From a virus, in the IMG/VR virus record IMGVR_UViG_3300004463_000262, positions 8,440-72,439 of that record: DNA of 64,000 nucleotides; one strand, 5' to 3'. The stretch's first letter is position 1; every line of letters begins with the position of its first letter. Positions 1 to 8,419 of the stretch are shown one piece after another. The notes under the pieces are model-generated. The model did not search any database, was not told the origin of the DNA, and was given only the letters and a program-made list of their open reading frames with translations. Both the position numbers and the translations under genes were made by a program.

Positions 1-2
1 CG

Positions 3-200
3 GCCGGTGATAACATTGGTTCAGGTAGCTCTGGTCAGATTACACCGATCCCCTTAATGGGTATTGTCTCGCCGGGTTCTACAACGGCCTATAAGGTCAG
101 TGTGGCCGCTGATAGTACAGGCGGTACAATTAAGGCGGCGAGCACACCAAACGGTGCCGGAAACACAGCATCAACGCTTCTCGGTATCAAGATTGGCTAA
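3..200 (+). CDS. 3' end of a Gly/Ser/Thr-rich protein, possibly virion/tail-associated (partial)
   Basis: Open frame from window edge to TAA at 198-200 (…AASTPNGAGNTASTLLGIKIG*). Confidence 0.5.
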   Translation, partial: AGDNIGSGSSGQITPIPLMGIVSPGSTTAYKVSVAADSTGGTIKAASTPNGAGNTASTLLGIKIG

Positions 201-229
201 TTGACATCCTCCTAGGAGTTTGCTATCAT
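201..229 (+). promoter_or_regulatory. sigma70/SigA-type promoter
   Basis: TTGACA-17 nt-TATCAT upstream of infA. Confidence 0.75.
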
Positions 230-260
230 ACTCTGTGTTGAGTAACTATTGGAGGTTTGT

Positions 261-476
261 TTGGCTACAGATAGGTTAGAGTTCGAAGGTGAGGTTACCG
301 AGTCACTACCGGGTACCGTATTCCGCGTTAAGCTGGATGAGGGAGTGGAAGTGGTGGCGACGATCTCTGGTAAGATGAGGAAGAACTATATCCGAATTCT
401 TCCGGGTGATCGCGTAAAGGTGGAATTATCGCAATACGATCTCACTAAGGGCCGTGTGACTTATCGTTACCGTTAG
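261..476 (+). CDS. infA: translation initiation factor IF-1
   Basis: [15 protein letters not shown]…[37 protein letters not shown] is the IF-1 signature; TTG start after GGAGG (ORF track starts at 249). Confidence 0.95.
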   Translation: MATDRLEFEGEVTESLPGTVFRVKLDEGVEVVATISGKMRKNYIRILPGDRVKVELSQYDLTKGRVTYRYR

Positions 477-482
477 GCACGG

Positions 483-755
483 ATGAAATTTATCGATATA
501 ACAGGTGAAAGATTCGGTCGCTTGACAGTGATCGAGCAAAATGGTAAACTTGGTGATCAGATCGCTTGGAGATGTAAATGCGATTGCGGGAATTTTACCA
601 CAGTAAGATCGTCCTCGCTTCGTACTGGTAAGACAACATCTTGTGGTTGTTTCGCCAAGGACATTAGAAGTTTGTATGGTGCGATGAAGTATGGTAAAAC
701 GAATGTTCATCCTAATTCGATGGCCGCAAAGAAATTAAGGCTTCGGACACTATAA
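483..755 (+). CDS. N-terminal domain typical of AP2/HNH homing endonucleases (no nuclease domain)
   Basis: DITGERFGRLTV…WRCKCDCG…LRTGKTTSCGC motif. Confidence 0.7.
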   Translation: MKFIDITGERFGRLTVIEQNGKLGDQIAWRCKCDCGNFTTVRSSSLRTGKTTSCGCFAKDIRSLYGAMKYGKTNVHPNSMAAKKLRLRTL

Positions 756-789
756 AATGTTCGAGTTGAAGAACTAATCTATACAAGAC

Positions 790-818
790 TTGACAAGTCC
801 TGAGAAGTTTGTTACACT
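790..818 (+). promoter_or_regulatory. sigma70-type promoter for tRNA-Arg
   Basis: TTGACA-17-TACACT, 6 nt before the tRNA. Confidence 0.75.
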
Positions 819-824
819 AGATAA

Positions 825-896
825 GTCCCTGTAGTTCAGCGGAAGAACAACGGTCTTCTAAACCGTATGTCGGGAGTTCGATTCTCTCCAGGGATG
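825..896 (+). tRNA. tRNA-Arg(TCT)
   Basis: Cloverleaf; acggt-cttctaa-accgt; GTTCGATTC T loop. Confidence 0.9.
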
Positions 897-955
897 CTAG
901 AAGGTAAAGGCGGTTCGACTCCGTTGTAAGATTTCGGTAAACCCCTTCGAGTCAC

Positions 956-984
956 TTGACAGAAAGATCGTCAGGTGGTATGAT
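956..984 (+). promoter_or_regulatory. sigma70-type promoter
   Basis: TTGACA-17-TATGAT preceding a non-coding structured region. Confidence 0.7.
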
Positions 985-1184
985 GTACAAGTACGACAAG
1001 TAAGGCCAGCGCGGGAACTGGTATCCCGTGTGATCTTAGGGGATGGGACTTGAGGATACCTCAAAGAAGCCCTCTAAGTGATCGGAGTCAGAACCAAGCC
1101 TTTGGGGCAAGGGGGAGACGAGCCTTCACTTTACAATAGGGAAACCTATTGTCGAGAATTGGTTGTAATAACGCTATGCCATGT

Positions 1185-1258
1185 TTGAATGTAGCTCAGT
1201 CAGGGAGAGTGCGCGGCTGCAAACCGCGAGGTCGCAGGTTCAAATCCTGTCGTTCGAT
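1185..1258 (+). tRNA. tRNA-Cys(GCA)
   Basis: cgcgg-ctgcaaa-ccgcg; T arm GTTCAAATC. Confidence 0.8.
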
Positions 1259-1401
1259 TGGGAGACTCATAATCTTCTAGTTGCGTTCGAAGCAATGACA
1301 CCGGGAACGTCTTAATCTCTACACTAAATAGGGATGATTAGCGAGGTCTGGTCGAGTGGTTGATCGTAGGTATTGCGTGATTAGAGCCAAGGCTCATAAA
1401 T

Positions 1402-1475
1402 GGGGATATAGTGCTAATTTGGGAACACGCTAGGTTTGCACCCTGGTATTCCGGGTTCGAGTCCCGGTGTCTCCA
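1402..1475 (+). tRNA. tRNA-Ala(TGC)
   Basis: GGGG start with G3:U70; ctagg-tttgcac-cctgg. Confidence 0.9.
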
Positions 1476-1801
1476 CTAGCAGAAAGTACGGTAACGGCAG
1501 CCAGTCGGTTAGTGTGCGTGGCCGGATCTTGTGTAGAAGTGTCGCTCTCAAATTGTGCTTCTACTAAGCGGACTAACATTCTTTCTGCTTAAATCCGCAA
1601 CTGCTGTGCCGGTCACCCCGGCGAAGAGGGGATAGTCCCTGTCCGGCAGTTGCGATAATGGTTGCGGTTTGGCCACCGTCGTGTCCGGCGATTAGTACAT
1701 AGGAGCCGTCCTACGAAAATGGATCGGGGCAATGTACAAATATTGATCCCCTCACAGAGATTACCAGCGGTGATGGTTGGGGGCAAGAAAGATCTCATCA
1801 T

Positions 1802-1874
1802 AGGCGAGTAGCTCAGAGGGACGAGCGTCCGGTTTACACCCGGAAGGTCGTGGGTTCGACCCCCACCTTGCCTA
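1802..1874 (+). tRNA. tRNA-Val(TAC)
   Basis: tccgg-tttacac-ccgga. Confidence 0.9.
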
Positions 1875-2142
1875 CTACGGTAAGCCCAACCTCCCACGTC
1901 AGGGTGAGGGCCGGATTTCGTCCCTAGCGGCGAGTTAGGGGTTGCGTGCCGGTATAGTATCTAGGAGTGACGCCTTAGAGTTGTTGGGTAACCGATTTTG
2001 CTCCACCCTCCACGGGTAGTGGCTCGACTATAAGCGAGAGACTTATGGCGTAGCGTTGGATACGAGAATCCAATATCGAAGCGGGGGTGGGAGATGATCT
2101 TCATTCGCGCAGTTCGATTCGGGAGGGCTTAGCCCTCCCCAT

Positions 2143-2224
2143 GCCCTCTTGGTGGAATTGGTTTACACGGCAGCCTTAGAAGCTGTGCCCGCAAGGGTTG
2201 CGAGTTCGAGTCTCGCAGAGGGTA
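2143..2224 (+). tRNA. tRNA-Leu(TAG)
   Basis: gcagc-cttagaa-gctgt, long variable arm. Confidence 0.9.
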
Positions 2225-2353
2225 CTTTGAGACAACCGGGGCGAATGAGCCTAAGGTAGGCGTATGCCGAGGCGCGACTTATACTGCGAGCAGGATTCTA
2301 ATATCCTGCCCCTAAGTTGTCTCAATTATCGTACTGTTAATGTGTAGGATGCA

Positions 2354-2638
2354 ATGGCACTTTCATACGGAGATAACTTCTATGACAGCGGCCCTTACGG
2401 AGGGTTTTATCTACCTATGGCAACAGAGTCGGTAGTACAGCAACGCGGAGTAGAGTATACTGATACGGCTGATATCCCGAGATGGGCTATCCAGTCGTCT
2501 GGTGCTTCACCCGCTTATCCTGCACAGACACGAACCTACACCGTTCAAACCAGGAATTGGGATCAGATTGCCGATCCTAGTGGCGCTGGCTTTCAAGCTA
2601 CGCTTGCCTCCTGGACACGAACCGAACTACACAATTAA
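2354..2638 (+). CDS. hypothetical protein
   Basis: ATG ORF with upstream AGGA, coding-like composition. Confidence 0.6.
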   Translation: MALSYGDNFYDSGPYGGFYLPMATESVVQQRGVEYTDTADIPRWAIQSSGASPAYPAQTRTYTVQTRNWDQIADPSGAGFQATLASWTRTELHN

Positions 2639-2647
2639 GAGGTTTCA

Positions 2648-3268
2648 ATGGCTGGTAAGAGAAAGTTTGACGACAAAGCAACGTGGCGCAATGATCAGTG
2701 GGGAATTGATCAGGATCAGCCTGCACGTGCAGAGAAGATTTTTGATCCTGCTGACACTGTGACTGATGATCCTACTGCCGGTGGTATTGGTGGAGGTACA
2801 TCCTTCTCTAGAAGTCCGGTTCAGATGACTGGTACGATGTATACCGGCCTGAATGATAATCCTACCGCAATGGTGGATCAAGCGTATCGTCTTGGTGACA
2901 CGCTTCTAGGAAACACCTACGCCTCTCTAACAACTGATTTAACCGGTGATGACAATGATCTTGTTTTCACTGCTAATGCTAGAGGCTCAGGTGGCAATGC
3001 GATCACCGTAGAGTATGTTGATCCGGCTGACACAGATCAGTCATTAGACGTGAGTGTTACAGATCTTGCTATCGTGGTAAGTCTTGCTACGGATAGTGGT
3101 GGTATCATTACTACTGTGGCTGATGATATTTCTGCTGCGATTGGTTTGGACACAGAGGCGAATGCTCTTGTCTCTGTAGAAGATGCTGCTAGCAATGATG
3201 GTTCTGGCCTCGTTACAGCGATGGATGAGACGAATTTGTCTGGTGGATCTGACGCTCATTACGCATAA
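2648..3268 (+). CDS. probable virion structural protein (acidic, Thr/Gly-rich)
   Basis: C-terminal DLVFTA…GNAITVEY…TNLSGG segment of a type seen in phage structural proteins; GAGG RBS. Confidence 0.55.
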   Translation: MAGKRKFDDKATWRNDQWGIDQDQPARAEKIFDPADTVTDDPTAGGIGGGTSFSRSPVQMTGTMYTGLNDNPTAMVDQAYRLGDTLLGNTYASLTTDLTGDDNDLVFTANARGSGGNAITVEYVDPADTDQSLDVSVTDLAIVVSLATDSGGIITTVADDISAAIGLDTEANALVSVEDAASNDGSGLVTAMDETNLSGGSDAHYA

Positions 3269-3272
3269 ATAC

Positions 3273-3301
3273 TTGACATAGCCCTCCCTTTTTGATATAA
3301 T
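3273..3301 (+). promoter_or_regulatory. consensus sigma70 promoter
   Basis: TTGACA-17-TATAAT. Confidence 0.85.
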
Positions 3302-3337
3302 ACCTGTACAAGGTAATCAAGGAAAGGATTAGGGATC

Positions 3338-3688
3338 ATGGCACTTACAGCAGCGGAGCGCGAAACGGTCATCAGCATCAGCGACGATGAGAACGAGTGG
3401 ACGATCCATACGTCTCAGCGCAAGATGGTCACGCAGCTTCTCAAGAATCCGTCCGCGACGATCCTGGAGGATACGACTTTCCAGGGTACGCGCATGCTGG
3501 TCGCGACGGTTCCTGCCAACGGTATTACCGTCCGCAAGGGCAAGGGTACGCCTCGTAAGGTAGCTGGTCGTGCCCCTCGTAACATCGATGCCCCGACGTG
3601 CGGCGGTGTCAAGTCTGATGGTAGTAAGTGTGGTATGGTCGCCAAGAACGGTAGTGGGTTTTGCCGTCACCATCAGGATCAGAAGTAA
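3338..3688 (+). CDS. hypothetical protein with C-terminal C3H zinc finger
   Basis: TCGGVKSDGSKC…FCRHH. Confidence 0.7.
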   Translation: MALTAAERETVISISDDENEWTIHTSQRKMVTQLLKNPSATILEDTTFQGTRMLVATVPANGITVRKGKGTPRKVAGRAPRNIDAPTCGGVKSDGSKCGMVAKNGSGFCRHHQDQK

Positions 3689-3794
3689 TCACGTTTCTCT
3701 GGAGAGGGCACCGTTCGGTCATATCCTCCAACAATTAAGGGGGTGTGGTTAGTAGCAGGAAGAGGGAGCGGTGCCCTCGCAGGGGAACATTTTA

Positions 3795-3868
3795 GGCTCC
3801 ATAGCTTAGTTTGGTAGAGCAGGGGACTCTTAATCCCAAGGTCGAAGGTTCGAATCCTTCTGGGGTCA
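3795..3868 (+). tRNA. tRNA-Lys(CTT)
   Basis: gggga-ctcttaa-tccca. Confidence 0.9.
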
Positions 3869-3979
3869 TAGGCGGTGCTATCGTTGTTGGTAATCATTCC
3901 ATTGCCCTCGAAGCCGGGGACTTCTGTGATAGCAATTCTAGATCCGCAGGCTTCCTTATTTGTAAACAATCAAGGGGAT

Positions 3980-4351
3980 GTTTTGAAGTTAATCATCGCA
4001 AGTATCTGTGTCTTAATGACACTCTTACTCCCGGATGTATCGAACGCAAACATCGCAACAACAAAGAAAGCAATCATCTGGGCATTTTGTGGTCACTCAT
4101 ACAAGCCGTGTTGGTTAGGACGAGAGGCCATCAAGGTATCGGACTGTGAAACAGGCGGTACCTTTTCTATTTGGGCAGGCGTTGGTAAGCATGACTATTG
4201 GGGTCTTTTCCAAATGGGATCATCAGAAAGAGAGACATGGGGATACGGCAATGATCCCTGGGAACAGGCACGTTCAGCCTATCGCATGTATATGGCGACT
4301 CGTTACGAGGATCGTTCTGATAGATGGAGTCGTTGGGATTGCAAGCCTTAA
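3980..4351 (+). CDS. secreted lysozyme-like (Rpf/SLT-type) transglycosylase
   Basis: Hydrophobic signal-like N-terminus, CETGG, YWGLFQM, W.RWDC motifs; start approximate (track 3875). Confidence 0.65.
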   Translation, partial: VLKLIIASICVLMTLLLPDVSNANIATTKKAIIWAFCGHSYKPCWLGREAIKVSDCETGGTFSIWAGVGKHDYWGLFQMGSSERETWGYGNDPWEQARSAYRMYMATRYEDRSDRWSRWDCKP

Positions 4352-4434
4352 GTCGATATGCTGGAATCTGGTAGACAGGCACGGTTGAGAGCCGTGTGCA
4401 GTAATGCGTCCGAGTTCGACTCTCGGTATCGACA
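4352..4434 (+). tRNA. tRNA-Leu(GAG)
   Basis: cacgg-ttgagag-ccgtg, long variable arm. Confidence 0.9.
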
Positions 4435-4489
4435 TGTTTGACCACCTATAAAGGCAACATCTCATCCTAAATAGGTAGGTGATATACAT

Positions 4490-4606
4490 ATGAGTGCAGC
4501 AGTTTTCATTGTACTAGTACTATTACTAGCTCTATTACTTGGAGTTGGAGTCAATTTCTGGTTCTTCTTGCTTCTTCTGCTCCTACTCCTGCTGTTCTTC
4601 CTTTAA
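4490..4606 (+). CDS. 38-aa Leu-rich membrane peptide (below ORF-track cutoff)
   Basis: AGGTAGGTG RBS then MSAAVFIVLVLLLALLLGVGVNFWFFL…FFL*. Confidence 0.6.
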   Translation: MSAAVFIVLVLLLALLLGVGVNFWFFLLLLLLLLLFFL

Positions 4607-4693
4607 GAACAGTTCGATCCTCTGTGGAGGCGCGATGACAGTCGGGAAAGACCGGCACCCCGTATAAGCCCGAGGGTACATATCGGGCACCAT

Positions 4694-4765
4694 TCCACTG
4701 TAGCTCAGCGGTAGAGCGGTTGGTTGAAGCCCAGCGCGTCGGCGGTTCGATTCCGTCCGGTGGAA
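4694..4765 (+). tRNA. tRNA-Phe(GAA)
   Basis: gttgg-ttgaagc-ccagc. Confidence 0.88.
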
Positions 4766-5102
4766 CCTAGAGCGAGAGGTTACAACCCTAGGATGCTTAG
4801 GGGACGACAGTCGTTGAGCATCAAACGTTCTGTTAATATGCTTGCTCTTATTTTTGTAGTCAAAGACCCTTGGAAACTCGTGCTGGAGACTTTTCTCTTA
4901 TCAGGGATTGCATACGAGGCAGAGCAAAGTTCAAGGCGAGACGAAATGGGCGCCGAAGCGCCCAGATTTTGTAATCGAAGACCCTAGAAACTCTTTGGTT
5001 CTTGTGGAGAGAGAGTTTAGTCTCAGTGAAGCATCCTAAGGAGCAAGTCTAGGCGAGATGAAATTGCGGTCAAACAGTATACTATCGGCCGCAAGATTTT
5101 AC

Positions 5103-5177
5103 GTCCCGTTGGTCTAGTTGGTTTAGGACGCGGCCCTCTCACGGCTGAGGTCATCGGTTCGAATCCGATACGGGATA
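5103..5177 (+). tRNA. tRNA-Glu(CTC)
   Basis: cggcc-ctctcac-ggctg. Confidence 0.9.
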
Positions 5178-5179
5178 CT

Positions 5180-5504
5180 ATGGCTTACAAAGATCCAGAA
5201 AAACAGAAAGTTGCTCAACGTGAATGGTATGAGCGGAATGATATTTGCAGAAAGCGACGTGAACGTAAGAAAAGCATCCAGCGATTCTTACGTGCAGTTA
5301 AAGTAACTGCTGGGTGTCGAGATTGTGGATATGATGCGCATGCAGTGGCATTAGACTTTGATCATCGAGATGATGAAGAGAAGAAGTTCTTTTCGATCTT
5401 CTGAATTAGGTGCTCATGGTTGGAAAGCTATTGTCGAAGAAGTCATGAAATGCGATGTTCGATGCGCAAATTGTCATCGCGTTAGACATTCCGATGTCGT
5501 CTAA
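5180..5504 (+). pseudogene. frameshifted HNH endonuclease
   Basis: MAYKD…CRDCG…LDFDH stops at 5404; another frame continues ELGAHGWK…KCDVRCANCHRVRH to TAA 5504 inside tRNA-Asn. Confidence 0.75.
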
Positions 5505-5560
5505 TGGTAAGGCGCGTGGCTGTTAACCACGCTATCAAGGTTCGAATCCTTGCGTCGGAG
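5490..5560 (+). tRNA. tRNA-Asn(GTT)
   Basis: cgtgg-ctgttaa-ccacg. Confidence 0.9.
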
Positions 5561-5931
5561 CTACACAATACGATTGGGCCGACACAATCGTGCCATATGT
5601 GGTGTAATGATCGGCAATTGTATGAATACAATCATGAGGATAACACTAATGTAAATGCTATTTCAGCATTAGGGGTTAAATGATTGGGGAGTGTGTGTAC
5701 CGAAGAGGAAGCTGCTAGAGGCCGGAAACGACTAGCAGGGATCAAGTCCGATGACCAGTCAGCTTGATGAATCCCCTGTGACAAGCGAAAGCCGTAGCCG
5801 AGGCCAATCTTTCGACTGTAGTTAACACATGGATTAAATCACACTTTATTGTGAAGTTTGTTATATTTTAAGCTTTAGGGGATGCGCATCTTACACGCAT
5901 ATATTTGGTTAGTTACCCAAGAACAGCGTAG

Positions 5932-6021
5932 AGTTGGGAACGGATTCTTGGTGAAATAGATAAATGTGAACTTCTTTGTGCCAATTGCCATCGCAAGGAA
6001 GAAATTAAGGAAATATGCTAG
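5932..6021 (+). pseudogene. C-terminal remnant of HNH endonuclease
   Basis: SWERILGEIDKCELLCANCHRKEE…*, in-frame stop just upstream, stop lies within tRNA-Ser. Confidence 0.7.
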
Positions 6022-6095
6022 AGTGGCTGAATAGGCTCGCCTGCTAAGCGAGTGTGTCTTAACCGGCACCGAAGGTTCGAATCCTTCTATTTCCG
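6009..6095 (+). tRNA. tRNA-Ser(GCT)
   Basis: ctcgc-ctgctaa-gcgag, long variable arm. Confidence 0.9.
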
Positions 6096-6098
6096 TAT

Positions 6099-6143
6099 GG
6101 TTAGGGTCGAGAGGCCGCGTGAGTTCGAATCTCACACTAACCG
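6099..6143 (+). ncRNA. mini tRNA-like RNA (acceptor + variable arm + T arm only)
   Basis: ggttag/ctaacc stem, gtcgagaggc hairpin, gtgag-ttcgaat-ctcac T arm. Confidence 0.5.
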
Positions 6144-6265
6144 TAGTCGGTTGAAGCCTAGGTTCGCCGTGGGATAAGACTGATGAACGAAGGAATCGCA
6201 GCACGAGGTCGTGCCCCGGCTTTACGGGAGGCTATGGTATCCGATCCCATAGGTGATTCTAACTA

Positions 6266-6347
6266 GGAATGTGTCCGGGTGGTGAGGACGCTGCCTTGAA
6301 AGCAGTCGCGTCGAGAGGCGTTGCAGGTTCGAATCCTGTGCATTCCG
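6266..6347 (+). tRNA. tRNA-Ser(TGA)
   Basis: gctgc-cttgaaa-gcagt, long variable arm. Confidence 0.85.
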
Positions 6348-6349
6348 TA

Positions 6350-6425
6350 CCCGTGCGTATGAGGTTCAAGTCCTCATCATCAGGATATCCTAGGCTGATG
6401 TAGCTTAACTGGCAGAGCGAGCGGG
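6350..6425 (+). ncRNA. circularly permuted tRNA-like RNA (YrlA/Y-RNA topology)
   Basis: Order cccgt - T arm - catcag loop ctgatg - D arm - gcggg. Confidence 0.6.
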
Positions 6426-6532
6426 CGTTATTTGTAGGGCAATGGATAGCGGGCCGGACTAGTTGACTCGCTACTCCATCCCTACTGCGCACACATCAAA
6501 TCCCGAATGATCCCCTCCGTAATCATTGGAAG

Positions 6533-6850
6533 GTGATTACAATGGTAGATAGATCGCAGGGAGAACCGGGTAAGCCCGGACAACCGGCTGTCGGCCCGAC
6601 CGGTGGTAGGGGCGGCGAAGGTGGTCGTGGTGGCGAAGGAACAGAGATTGGCGGTGCTGGTGGTGTCGGCGGCGAAGGTGGCGCTGTCTATGTCAGAGAT
6701 TCAGTCGAAGACATTAGACAGAGACTAGCTGAAGCTGGTTCTCAGATCCGAAAGCATGCTGATGCTGCACAGTCTGAGCTAGACGCACTCAAACTTGTTG
6801 TTGAAGAGATTGACGCAAGAGTCAAGGTTCTAGAAGATCTACAGATTTAG
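6533..6850 (+). CDS. Gly-rich repeat plus coiled-coil protein
   Basis: GEPGKPGQP / GGxGGx repeats then heptad-like C-terminus. Confidence 0.7.
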   Translation: MITMVDRSQGEPGKPGQPAVGPTGGRGGEGGRGGEGTEIGGAGGVGGEGGAVYVRDSVEDIRQRLAEAGSQIRKHADAAQSELDALKLVVEEIDARVKVLEDLQI

Positions 6851-6935
6851 GAAACGTGGCGAAATTGGTAGCCGCGCTCGCCTGGAAAGCGGGTTGGGTT
6901 GATAGCCCTTGGAGGTTCAAGTCCTCTCGTTTCCG
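6850..6935 (+). tRNA. tRNA-Ser(GGA)
   Basis: ctcgc-ctggaaa-gcggg. Confidence 0.88.
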
Positions 6936-7019
6936 TAACGAGTGTAATCCGTAGAGTCGGCTGTGGAGGTCATGGCCCACGGGCGCAGGAGAGGTTCATT
7001 ACCTAACACTCGTATTCTT

Positions 7020-7101
7020 GGAAGATATCCGAATGGTTAGGGAACCGCTTCGAAAGCGGCTGCGTCGAAAGGCGTTGAGGGTTCGAGTCCCTTGTCTTCC
7101 G
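7020..7101 (+). tRNA. tRNA-Ser(CGA)
   Basis: ccgc-ttcgaaa-gcgg, long variable arm. Confidence 0.85.
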
Positions 7102-7237
7102 TAATGGCAGTAGTCTATGACCTACGTAAGCTGCTGCAAGTCCATGCCTCTTGATCGTAGGCCACTGAGGGTGGACGAATCTTATCGGCTAGGTCATGGC
7201 GACCCTAAGAAACCATGACCTACCAACTTAAACTAGT

Positions 7238-7570
7238 ATGGCTCTACAAGGACAAGCTAAACTGGATTACATGCGTGATTACCAGAAGCGAAATCGTGAG
7301 AGATTACTGGTTGAGAAGAAGAAGCGTCGTGAAGAACAGCGACGTTTTATTCAAGTAGCAAAATCAAAACCATGTGCAGATTGCGGAATTCAGTATAGTA
7401 CCTGGGTGATGGATTTCGATCATGTCCGTGGCGAGAAACGATACAATCTCAACAGACTAACTAAGATGTCTGCTTCTTGGCAGACAATCATAGATGAAAT
7501 TGCTAAGTGCGATGTGGTCTGTTCGAATTGTCATCGAGAACGAGAACATAAACGAAGGGGTATCGGTTAA
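7238..7570 (+). CDS. HNH endonuclease
   Basis: CADCG…MDFDH…CDVVCSNCHR. Confidence 0.85.
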   Translation: MALQGQAKLDYMRDYQKRNRERLLVEKKKRREEQRRFIQVAKSKPCADCGIQYSTWVMDFDHVRGEKRYNLNRLTKMSASWQTIIDEIAKCDVVCSNCHREREHKRRGIG

Positions 7571-7626
7571 CGGTAAACCAACGGATTCCAAACCCGTGAC
7601 TGCGAGTTCGACTCTTGCTACCCCTG
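7556..7626 (+). tRNA. tRNA-Trp(CCA)
   Basis: acgga-ttccaaa-cccgt. Confidence 0.85.
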
Positions 7627-7724
7627 TAGGTGGGCCAATGAACGCATAGAGGGTTGAAATCACCCCGCTCGGCAAGATATTGTTCTGGCGAAATAAATTG
7701 GTAAGAAGGATGGAGCGCCCTTCC

Positions 7725-7800
7725 GCACTGGAGGCAGACATAAGGTTAACGCGCCACTCTTATAAGGTGGAAAGAGAAGGTTCGATTCCTTCCCGGTGCA
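7725..7800 (+). tRNA. tRNA-Ile(TAT)
   Basis: ccact-cttataa-ggtgg; T arm gaagg-ttcgatt-ccttc; atypical D arm. Confidence 0.7.
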
Positions 7801-7821
7801 TATCTGTGCTATAATGCATCC

Positions 7822-8340
7822 ATGCGTGAGAAAGCATGGCAGGAGTACTTCAGATCAGGGGACACAGAACCGCTGATCAAGGCGTATTGGGATTCTATTC
7901 AATACATGGCGTGGGATTTCAATGAGCGTAATCAGGACGATTTATTCCAGGTAGGATTGCTCGGACTAATCAAGGCGGCGAAGACCGTCGATGTCAAGCG
8001 CGTGAGATCTCTAGACGCTTGGGTGTTTTTGAACGTCCGAGGCGCTATGAGGAATCTCCGACGATTCAAGCAGGATTACTCCCTTGATATCCTCTACGAT
8101 ATCACTACAGATGAGGATAGTTTGGAGCGTCGTATTGATCTGAAGATCGCATTGGAGACTAGATCTATCGAAAAGGCTAGAGGGTATCTGCAAGGATACG
8201 AGCCGATGCGAGGAAACCCAGATGACAGCATAGAGAGATATCATCGCGGCAAGATCTCACTAAGAGCCTTGTCCGATGAATTAGGAATTAGTAAGAGGCA
8301 GACTTACAAGCTTCTCGGTAAGCTGCCAGATAGTTGGTAA
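7822..8340 (+). CDS. sigma-70 family factor (region 2 plus C-terminal HTH)
   Basis: QDDLFQVGLLGLIKAA region-2 motif; ISLRALSDELGISKRQTY HTH. Confidence 0.7.
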   Translation: MREKAWQEYFRSGDTEPLIKAYWDSIQYMAWDFNERNQDDLFQVGLLGLIKAAKTVDVKRVRSLDAWVFLNVRGAMRNLRRFKQDYSLDILYDITTDEDSLERRIDLKIALETRSIEKARGYLQGYEPMRGNPDDSIERYHRGKISLRALSDELGISKRQTYKLLGKLPDSW

Positions 8341-8346
8341 AGATAC

Positions 8347-8419
8347 ACACCGGTAGCTCAGGGGTTAGAGCACCGCTCTGATACGGCGGGTGTCGGTAGT
8401 TCGATTCTACCTCGGTGTA
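8347..8419 (+). tRNA. tRNA-Ile(GAT)
   Basis: ccgct-ctgatac-ggcgg. Confidence 0.88.

Noticed and set aside
1878-1935. Possible HDV-like/theta ribozyme 3' of tRNA-Val
   Set aside because: A CCTCCCACGTC L3-like stretch is present but I could not build P1, P2 and J4/2.
6180-6215. CTGATGA suggesting a hammerhead ribozyme
   Set aside because: No GAAA after a stem II and no matching stems I/III.
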